From contig NC_047065.1 in assembly GCF_902459465.1 (NCBI RefSeq), forward strand, positions 21,390,001-21,454,000: 64,000 nt of DNA, read 5' to 3'. Position numbers and translations under genes: made by a program. This DNA is from Asterias rubens (taxonomy: Eukaryota). The notes under the pieces were generated by a model, which ran no database searches, was not told the DNA's origin, and worked only from the letters and a program-made list of their open reading frames with translations. Below, piece by piece: positions 13,201 through 23,012 of this stretch; the stretch's first letter is position 1; each line of letters opens with the position of its first letter.

Positions 13201-16200
13201 TGTTAATCTGTGAACTTTTAATTTTTTTTCTGTACCGAAAGTGTATAATGGCTTTAAGTAGATTTTGTAATAATAATACCGGTAGCTGTTAAATTTTTAA
13301 TGGACCTGGAATTACAATTTTTTTTTAGAGCAAGGCCACTTTGGCCTTGGATATAGGCAAATTTTGAAGGGCACCAAGGCCAGTAGAAAGGGCACCAAGG
13401 CCAAAAGTTTCAAAATAAAGAAGGCGCGAAGGCCAGTAAGTTATCGAAGGGGTCATGAGCCTTATTAAACGAGTAAATAAACAAAATTGCTAGAGGTTTC
13501 TCTATGGGTGGTTAACCCAATGGAACAGTCTTTTATGACTAAGATATTGATAAATCGTATGTTATTCAAGATATTGATAAATCATATCTTATTCATAAAG
13601 AAACCAAATGATTTTGTAAAAAAAAGAAGTAAAAAAAAAAAGAATTTCTATGAAGAAAAAAATAATCGTAAGTTAACTTTCTTGCATTTGGGGCATAGTT
13701 CACAAATTCATCTTTTACATCTTCCTCCAAACGCTCTTTTTGCGTCTTTATTTTGGCAAATTCCTTTGTAAACATTACTAAGAGTCATTTCATTCACCAA
13801 CAATATTTCGTCCGTTCACAAACGGAGGATACCATATATGGGCATTTTAACAACAGCGCCCTCTGTTGATCAATGGATTGTGTTAGACTGGTTCCTTCTG
13901 AAATCGGGACGTCAGATAAACGAGCGTGTGGATTATATGCGATGCAGGTTAACGCTAGCGTGTGGATTGACTCAAGAGTGGAATCTCCGTTGCGCTTGTA
14001 ACGTTGAATACCATGACTGTCAATAATAAAATCTTGGGCTTGGGTTAAAAAAAGGGCACGACGGCCACCGGGAAAAAAGGGCACGTCAGTTTTGGCCGTG
14101 AAAATGGTATTTTTTCGAAGGGCATCGACGGCCGTGGCCGCCGTGTAATTCCAGGCCTGAGATATCCTTTTATTTACCGATTTTTAAAAAAGAATTAAAA
14201 CTGTTGATAAGGCTTGACCAATGTTTGTTTTTTTGTTCTAAGGTAAAAAAAAAAACTTCCATCTTTTTATAGATACAAATTCTTCACTTATTGTTATTTA
14301 TTATATTCAACTAATGATAATGTTAACCTCTCCAGGGTTATGGGATTCGTTCCAGTTTCGGACTTAAATAAAACATAAATTATTCTACCCTTCCCATTCC
14401 CCACCAAATATAGAGAACATGGTGAGAGGTATTGACGAAGAAGAGAGTAAATTTCTTGACGAGGTCGCCGACCGCCAGATGGAGCTAGAGACGAGACGGT
14501 GGAAGGAAGAGAACGAGATGGTTGCAGAGATCAAACAGTACACAATATCCTTTTAAAAATCATTCAATCAATTACCAAGAAGCGATGTTCTGTTATCATC
14601 GTGATATCAAATCCCTTTACGTTATGGTAGGGGTTCTTGTATAATCACAGTGACCCCGGTAAATGATGATTTACAAGTAGTAAATGGGTCTGGCAAGCCC
14701 GCATTAATTTGATCATGTTGGGTCTCGTACTGCAGTGTGCCTTAAAACTTTGGTTGTAAAAAAAAATTCTGTGATTTGTCTGTTGAGGGTCTTATCCAAA
14801 GAAAATTCAGTACCTCAAAACTGGTTATTTTCTATAAAAAAAACTCAACTGCAGAGCTTCAGTGCTTTTCACCGAGTAAGTTTTTATAGTCGTTAATCTT
14901 TGGAGTACCGTAGACTCTCATTATAACAAGGTCGCTGAGACTTCCAAAGAACCTCTTTACAACTGGTAACTTGTTATAAGAGTACAGAGAAACAAAGAAG
15001 TGCAAAGCAGAAATGAGATTCGGGACTTCAGAATAATGTACTCTTTATAAGCAGAACCTCTTTAAAGCCATTGGACCCTTTCGGTAAACAGTATTGTCTA
15101 AGGCCCACACTTTGTGTACCACAACTTCTATATCAAATAACAAACCTGTGAAAATTTAGGCTCAATCGGTCATCGGAGTCGAGAGAAAACAACGGAAAAA
15201 CCCACCCTTGTTTCCGTGCGTTTCGCCGTGTCATGACATGTGTTTAAAATAAATCCGTAATTCTCGTTAACGAGAGTTTATATTGTTTTGCTGTTTTCTC
15301 AAAAAGTAAAGCATTTCATGGAATAATATTTCAAGAGAAGTCTTTCACCATTGCCTTCTGTAAACCCTGTAAGTTATTTGTAAATCTGTGAACTTTTATT
15401 TTTTTTTCTGAACCGAAAGGGTCCAATGGCTTTAAATACAGTGGTCTTTATAAACGAGAGCCGACTGTGCTTGTACTTACCAACGTATGACTCTACCTTT
15501 AAACTCAATAATTAAAAATGTTGTTTCTTCCTTAATGAGATGATATCACGATAGGGTGATACCAATTGATGACACAAAGAAACGAGTGAGCGTCAAACCA
15601 CAGTCTGCAGCAGAGGTTTCAGCAACGGCTAAGACGGGGACGTCATCTACGAGTAGGAGGTCTCAAGCAACACTCCTAGCTGGAGCCGTTAAAAGAAAGA
15701 GGTAAGTAGAGATTCAGGCCCGATGCTTCACGGAGGTGGACAGGAATTCTGAGTAGCAAACGGTGACTTTGGTGGTCAAGTTTAGACTTAGTGGTATCTT
15801 TTCTTACCTTCCAAACCCTGGTTTGAATCCCATCGGGGGCGCTATGTGGAGTGGGTTTCAGTTCCTACCTGATTGTACATTTGTTTTACCTGCCTAAAAC
15901 ATATTTGCTTGTTCTTGAATATTTCGTTTGGTTTTATCTCGTTAGCAATTGATGTACTTGCTTTAGTATTTAATGTTGCCATCCATTTTTGTATGTGTGG
16001 CCAAACAATGTTTATCTTGCTGATCGTTTACATTTTGTTATCGTTTGTATTCGTATTGATTCCACTTTTTTAATGTTTTAATGTTTTCTTTGTGACAGAT
16101 ACATGTACATTAGCGGTATACCTTGTAACTTTGTTTACAAAATATTGTCCCTGTACATTCTATGGCCTTTCTGTGTGTCATAATTTCCAAAGAATTATAC

Positions 16201-17546
16201 AAAATAACAGTTGTACAAGTTGTGAGATGTGTCTTTTTCTTCATATCAGAAGTTGATAACAATCAGACAGTGCAATCTCCATGAAATAAAGGTTTTTGTG
16301 TTTTTTCTTCTGAGTATGTAGAAATTTTGCATGCAGAAAGCGGCTCTGTGGCTCTTTTGTAAACATTTGATGTCAGAGGCCACATGGTCTATTCAAGTAT
16401 TTGTGTATATACTGTTGCCAGGCAGAGTTGAGAATGTCCTTGACAGAAGCCATGTTTCTTTGAGGCACTAAATGGGGCTCTTGATGGCTCAACTATTTCC
16501 TTTGATTGATGTATCAATTGTAATTTTTTGGCTCGCACTTTTTACTTGCCAAAGAAATGAAATAATTTTAAACATTGTTTTGTGTTTGATGGTGTATCCC
16601 CTTCCACCTTTGTTTTTCAATTAATTTGTGTAGGCATAACTTGATACTTCATTTTATTAATTTGTGTTCTTTTATGTTTGATATTTGTGTAGGTTGTTTG
16701 TAATGTGCTTATTATATTGTAACATATTTTGCAAATCGGCCTTGGGTTTCTTTCTTGTTAGGTAGTGTATCCCCTTGACCCCTTCCACTTTTGTTTTTGA
16801 AATATTCTGTGTAGGCATAACTTGATACTTCATATTATTGGTTTGTTTTCTTTTATGTTTAATATCTTTGTTAGTCGTTTAAAAACTGCTGTTCATATTG
16901 TAACAATATTTGCCTTGGATTTCTTTCGTTCTCGCTAGATAGTGTATCCCCTTCCACCTTTGTTTTTCAAGTAATTTGTGTAGGCATAACTTGATACTTC
17001 ATATTATTGATTTGTTTCTCTTTTATGTTTGATATCTTTGTCGGATTTTTGTATTTCAACTTAATCATCATGAATATTATCAAACTGCTCGCACGGGAAA
17101 AACGCATTTTGGGTAAACAAGAAGAGTCCACAAAACCATTTTTTTCTAAAAACCTGTACCATACTAGCCCTTTTAAATATAACAAAATCACTTTTTATCT
17201 GATTTTTTTCAACTTTTTTATCTGATTCAGGAACACTTCAGAAGGGACAAATGGAGAGGAGAAGAAAGCCAAAAGTGCCCCGTCAACTTCCACAAATCCA
17301 AAACCGTTGTCACAAAGTCCAACAGAGTTGCTGCAAGACTCATCAAGTGAATCAGTTACTACCAACGATGTAGACAGACCAGCTCGTAGTGTTAACGACA
17401 AGGCCCATGTAGTGAGCATCCTACCCGGACTCGGCTTCTATACTAATAGTAGTGACTCCGATACATCAAGTAGCGACTCTGAAGTAGACTTGCTTAACTC
17501 TGTCATCCACAGGGCGGTTAAAAAGAAAAGTTGTCACTCCTCTTAG
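10216..17546 (+). CDS. PSME3IP1: PSME3-interacting protein (PIP30/NIP30/FAM192A), 270 aa
   Basis: Exons 10216-10330, 12444-12542, 14414-14544, 15550-15701, 17231-17546 give 813 nt in one frame. Motifs [72 protein letters not shown] and [22 protein letters not shown] match the recalled FAM192A pattern. Intron 3 is AT-AC. Confidence 0.93.
10865..10949. repeat. 16-bp minisatellite (GTGCAGTACGTCCGTA) x5
   Basis: Five adjacent near-identical units. Confidence 0.9.
12040..12340. repeat. Foldback element with ~125-bp inverted arms
   Basis: AGATTTACATTAAACTTACAG...GAGAAATGAGTAAAACAATGTCATGAAAATA mirrored by TATTTTCATGACATTGTTTTACTCATTTCTC...GTAAGTTTAGTGTAAATCT. Confidence 0.65.
12882..13257 (+). 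mobile_element. ~370-bp TTAA-flanked MITE, family B
   Basis: TIR TTAA-AGCCATTGGACACTTTCGG; shares the AACAAACCTGTGAAAATTT..CTCAATCGGTCATCG block with family A. Confidence 0.85.
14545..15549 (+). other. U12-type (minor spliceosome) AT-AC intron in PSME3IP1
   Basis: 5' end ATATCCTTT at 14545, branch site TTCCTTAAT at 15528-15536, 3' end AC at 15548-15549. Removing it keeps the frame (EIKQYT|DRVIP) and reaches the conserved [11 protein letters not shown] motif. Confidence 0.88.
15062..15435 (+). mobile_element. MITE family B copy inside the U12 intron, nested in an older TIR element (~14906-15470)
   Basis: Full TIRs and TTAA. Host ends CCGTAGACTCTCATTATAAC / TATAAACGAGAGCCGACTG lie either side. 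Confidence 0.8.
16592..17050. repeat. ~175-bp degenerate tandem repeat (about 2.6 copies), PSME3IP1 intron 4
   Basis: GTGTATCCCCTT...GTGTAGGCATAACTTGATACTTCAT at 16592, 16765, 16942. Confidence 0.75.
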
Positions 17547-18290
17547 TGAATCAGAAACGGGAGACTAGAACAATTAATGCGGACTTCGGCTCCAAAGGGA
17601 TGAGAAGTTCCTGACTTTTATCTGAATTCAGATGTTTAAAAGTCTGCCTGGAAGTTTCTGACTTTTATCTGAATCCAATACATCTAGCAGGTTTACTACC
17701 AGTGACTCTGAAGTGGACTTGCTTAACTCTGTCATCCACAGGGCAATCAAAAAGAAAAGTTGTCACTCCTCTTAGTGAATCAGAAACGGGAGACTAGAAC
17801 AATGAATGCGGACTTCGGCTCCAAAGGGATGAGAAGTTCCTGACTTTTATCTGAATTCAGATGTTTTAAAGTCTGCCTGGAAGTTTCTGACTTTTATCTG
17901 AATCCAATACAATCTAGCAGGTTTACTACTAGCGACTCTGAAGTGGACTTGCTTAACTCTGTCATCCACAGGGCGATTAAAAAGAAAAGTTGTCACTCCT
18001 TTTAATGAATCAGAAATAGGAGACTAGAACTATAAATGCGGGCTTCAGCTCCACAAGAATGAGGAGTTACTGACTTTGATCTGAATTCAGATGTTGTAAA
18101 ATCTGCCTGGAAGTTCCTGACTTTTATCTGAATCCAATACATCTAGCAGGCTTACTAGCAGCGACTCTGAAGTGGACTTGCTTAACTCTGTCATCCTCAC
18201 ACCGAAAAGTTGTCACTCCTCTTGGTGATCAGAAACGGGAGACTAAAACACTGAATGCGGACGATGTTTTAAAATCTGCCTGGTTATCAC
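17472..18290 (+). repeat. ~229-bp tandem repeat (3 full copies plus 1 partial) spanning the PSME3IP1 stop codon and 3' UTR
   Basis: Unit starts AGCGACTCTGAAGT at 17472, 17701, 17931, 18160. Confidence 0.9.
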
Positions 18291-18708
18291 AACATGCTGT
18301 GTTTGTCTGAGAACTAAATAAGCAAGGCTCTTTGATCTACTTCTCTAGTCCTGCGGATACTGTACCCAAAAACTCCTTGGAATCGATAACTCCTTGGGGT
18401 CATCAAAAGTTGGACATCAAGCCTGGACTTACAGATAGGCCATGGCGGCAAGGCAATGGCCTTTGTTGCCACTGGTCTTGGCCTTGGTGCCCTTCAGAAG
18501 TTTCTCATTGACTTTAAGAGTTTCCAATAGAAGTGCCCTTTGCAAAATGAAAATGCCCTGCCCTTTCAGCATGTTCAAAGATGAAAATGCCCCAATGAAC
18601 CTCCTAAGATCTGGACTTCAAGTTTTGTTGTCTGCATTTACTCTCAGCTCTGGTTCCAATTTCTCCAAAATCCTACTCAGAAAGATGTCTGATTTTAGGA
18701 CTGCAGGT

Positions 18709-19058
18709 TTAAAGATGCTGGACACTATTGGTACATGTAGTTGTCAAAGACCTCAACATATGCACAAAATAACAGACTTGTGAAAATTTGAACTCAATTT
18801 GGTCGTCAAAGTTGCGTGATAATAAGGGGAAAAAAACACTCTTGTAACACAGAGTTGTGTGCTTTCAGATGCTTGATTTCAGGACCTTAAAATCTAATTC
18901 TGAGGTCTCAAAATCAAATTTGTGGAAAATTACTTAGAACTTTCTTGAAAACTACATCACTTCAGAGGGAGCCATTTCTCACAACGTTTACGTTACCAAG
19001 TAAGTTTTTATGCTAACAATTATTTTGAGTAATTACCAAAGGTGTCCACTGCCTTTAA
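18709..19058 (+). mobile_element. MITE family A copy (diverged)
   Basis: Same body and TTAA ends as the other copies. Confidence 0.75.
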
Positions 19059-19071
19059 GTAATAATTGCTT

Positions 19072-19458
19072 TTAAAGGCCGTGGACACTATTGGTAATTG
19101 TCAAAGACTAGCCTCCATAGTTGGTGTATCTCAACATATGCATAAATTAATGAACCTGTGAAAATTTGAGCTCAATCGGTCATCGAACTTGCGAGATATG
19201 AATGAAAGAAAGAAACACCCTTGTCACACGAAGGTGTGTGCGTTTAGATGGTTGATTTCGAGACATCAAGTTCTAAATCTGAGGTCTCGAAATCAAATTC
19301 GTGGAAAATTACTTCTTTCTCGAAAACTATGGCACTTCAGAGGGTGTCGTTTCTCACAATGTTTTATACCATCAACCTCTCCCTATTACTCGTCACCAAG
19401 AAAAGTTTTATGCAAATAATTATTTTGAGTTATTACCAATAGTGTCCACTGCCTTTAA
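19072..19458 (+). mobile_element. MITE family A copy
   Basis: Full TIRs and TTAA flanks. Confidence 0.85.
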
Positions 19459-19687
19459 AACAGTCATATTACTCCCATGCAAGTCTTAATATTTGGTGTT
19501 GATCGTTGAGGCACCATTGAAGCTTGTTCTTGTAGGATACAGGGAGGGTCTCTCGCTAAAGACAAAGGTGATGGAGCCCTCCCAAGAAGTCTCAAAATCA
19601 TCACAATGATTTTGAGGGATTGGGGTTGACATTCAGTGTAGATTCAACAAAACATAAATCAGGTTCTGAAGGATTGGGGCAGTTGTT

Positions 19688-20074
19688 TTAAAGGCAGTGG
19701 ACACTATTGGTAATTGTTAAAGACTAGCCTTCACAGTTGGTGTATCTTAACATATGCATAGAATAACAAACCTGTGAAAATTTGAGCTCAATCGGTCATC
19801 AAAGTTGCGAGATAATAATGAAAGAAGAAAACACCCTTGTCACACGAAGTTGTGTGCGTTTAGATGGTTGATTTCGAGACCTCATGTTCTAAACTTGAGG
19901 TCTCGAAATCAAATTCGTGGAAAATTACTTCTTTCTCCAATACTATGGCACTTCAGAGGGAGCTGTTTCTCACAATGTTTTGTACCACCAACCTCTCCCC
20001 ATTACTTGTCACCAAGAAAGGTTTTATGCTAATAATTATTTTGAGTAATTACCAATAGTGTCCACTGCCTTTAA
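19688..20074 (+). mobile_element. MITE family A copy
   Basis: Full TIRs and TTAA flanks. Confidence 0.85.
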
Positions 20075-22333
20075 TGCAATGTGCGGTTTTAGGCATTTAC
20101 ACGGTTTTGCAGTAACACCGTGTGTGTGTCTATTTGCCAGGTAGATTTTGTTCTGCTTAATAGTCTATTACTGTGGAGTAGATTTTCAGAATTCAGGAGA
20201 CTACTGTCTTGCATTTTAACTTCTTCCTTTAACGGATCGTTTTCAACTTCACTATTGTGGAGCGAGTTCTTAAATGGTCTAAAAGTTTCAACTAGCTTGC
20301 TCTAGACATCGTTAGGAGACTGGATAATGCAACTTCTAATTATACATTTGATAAGCAAGGTTCCAATAAACCAATCACACAAGAATTAAGGCAGTAGACT
20401 GAGTTTACATAACTTACAATATTTTATTACAAAGTCTTTAATATCTCCATAATATATTAATACATGCTCTCCTTGTCTTGGGTGTGAGAAAATAGTCATA
20501 CAAAAATTGTTTTACCTGGGACTTATTTTGCTGATTTGCCTAAAAACACTGCACCTCGAGACAACAAAATGGCCACTGCATATCAAATGGATTACTGCTT
20601 TAAACAATCGACTTGGCATAAAGTAAATGTACTCCTTTATTTTCTGACATCAATATACTGCTTTATTTGTTGTATGTTAATTTTGATTTATAAATAAATC
20701 ATTAAATTACCACAAGAAATGTCATAACAAATTATTTGTTTATCGCTGTAGACCCTTCTGAAGTTCTTGTATGATGTCACTATTTGTAATGGGCTCTGCA
20801 AAAATGAGTCACAAGGGGAGCAATTGACTTATTGGGTTTTATACATGGCTGAAAAGAGCAAACAACAAGCTTCATTCTGACATATCTTACACACTTGTAT
20901 GATGTGTGGTTCAAAAGTTATGACCTTTTGAAAAATAGATTATGTCACAATCTGAAAATAAGCCATACTGGAGAAACGGCCCGTTTAATAAAAACATCAA
21001 CTATTGAGGTCTAGGGATTGAACAAAAAAGTACATTTTTTTATTCACCTTTTATCGATCAAAAACAAAGTTTTTGTTTTTAAGAACATGTGAAGATATAG
21101 ACCCTTTAGCATAAAACCACATAAAAAGCTGGAATTTCTTCAAGCGCATGTTACACGCATGTTCTTTTCTAGAACTGCACGGACATACACTGAAACAAAA
21201 CGCTGGCTTGTACTGCTTTTACATGTATTTACTCTACACATGTCACAGAAATGTGACATCAGTGAGAAAGTCTTTATATGTAATCGGGAGTTTAACTTTA
21301 CAAAAATTAATAATTCTGAAGATTTGTTATGGTCTCCTCTTGGTTTAGAGGAATACAACCCTCCCCCCCCCCCCCGATGCTGCAAAAAAATACTGTCGTA
21401 TAGCTGCAGAATAAGTACATTTGTGTATCTTCATACAAGTTTATACGTTTCACTTCAACTGCTAACCATAAAGAAGTTTGTGGGAAACAGCACCATGAAA
21501 TTAGACACATCGAAATAAACAAAATATATAATATTAATTTTGGTTTTTACCCATACACAGATGTGTATTAGCACTGTATACTCGGCACTTTCCCGAGTCC
21601 TGTGAAAATAATATCAGTTCACAGGCACAGTACTCGGGTGTGAGAACTAATTATACAGGACTCGGGGGGGGGGGGGGAAGTACTGAGTACACAGTGCTAA
21701 TACACATCGGTGTATGGGTAAAAAACAAAAATTAATATTCTTTATCCCCAATGCAAATTTACCATCTATTATATAAAATATGTATAGAATGACTTTGGTA
21801 CAAATTAAAGTAAAACCTGTGACAGCGTAAAATATTATCATGTTAATTTGGTGGTTGGACTTATAAATTTCAGGTTTGTATTGTATATGAACTCAAGTCA
21901 ATAAACATAATATTCATGATAAAAGGCAGTTTCAAAATGCACTCAAAATTAGTTGTAACAAGTCTTTGGTTTGCAACACAGCATGTACATTTTTTTCCTC
22001 CAGATACACTAAATACAATTTCACATTTCAACATTGGCAGTTTATCATGAAATCTCTCCTATTGTCTCCTTACATGATGTGGAAAGCACCTTCGCACAAT
22101 GCACATTTGCCATTTTGGGAGTCGGACTCTTTGGTCGTACCCTCAAATCTTTTTTATTTGTTTATATTTTTTATTCTTGTTTTGTTGCGATTAAATATAC
22201 AGGATGTAAAACTTCTCACACAACCACTGTAGTATATTGTCTGCCAGGAAAGGCGCAAGCCTTTAAATAACCCTTAGCACCCACAGAATAACATTGGTGC
22301 CCTGTGCTTTTGCCATAGTGTCCTCTGCAATGT

Positions 22334-22714
22334 TTAAAGGCTGTGGACACTATTGGTAAATACTCAAAATATTAGCATAACACCTTATTTGGTAACGAGT
22401 AATGGTGAGAGTGGTTGATAGTATAAAACAGTGTGAGAAACGGCTCCCTCTGAAGTGATGCAGTTTTCGAGATAGAAGTAATTTTTCTAAAATTTGATTT
22501 CAAGACCTCAGATTCAGAATTTGAGGTCTCGAAATCAAGCATCTGAAAGCACACAACTTCGTGTGACAAGGGTGTTTTTTCTTTCATTATTATCTCGTAA
22601 ATTCGACGACCAATTGAGCTAAAATTTGCTCAGGTTTTTTTTATGCATATGTTGAGATACACCAAGTGAGAAGACTGGTCTTTGACAATTACCAATAGTG
22701 TCCAGTTTCTTTAA
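22334..22714 (-). mobile_element. MITE family A copy
   Basis: TIRs and TTAA flanks. Confidence 0.8.
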
Positions 22715-22804
22715 TACAAATTTTCATTTTCCCCATCCATAAAAGAGCCCTTCCAAAGAGAAAAATTGGAGTGCCCCTTCATCAAGAGCCAAGTTCTGGA
22801 CCTG

Positions 22805-23012
22805 GGGTGGATTTCACAAAGGTAGTCCTAACTTAGGACTAGTCCTAGGCAATGCTAAGAGATAGGACCAGTCCTAAGTAGTCCTAACTTAGGACTAGTC
22901 CTAGGCAATGCTAAGAGATAAAACCTAAGTTAGGACTATTTAGGACTGGTCCTATCTCTTAGCATTGCCTAGGACTAGTCCTAAGTTAGGACTACCTTTG
23001 TGAAATCCACCC
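22805..23012. mobile_element. Near-palindromic Harbinger-like MITE (GGGTGGATTTCACAAAG TIR, CTG TSD)
   Basis: Long self-complementary arms with internal AGGACTAGTCCT repeats; CTG at 22802-22804 and 23013-23015. Confidence 0.8.

Noticed and set aside
14162-14170. Second ATATCCTTT U12-like donor in PSME3IP1 intron 2
   Set aside because: No upstream acceptor or open exon leads into it; treated as a chance match.
19189-19489. Recurrent 60-90 aa ORFs such as [15 protein letters not shown] and [26 protein letters not shown] (about ten loci)
   Set aside because: They are reading frames through copies of MITE family A, with variable stops and no transposase motifs.
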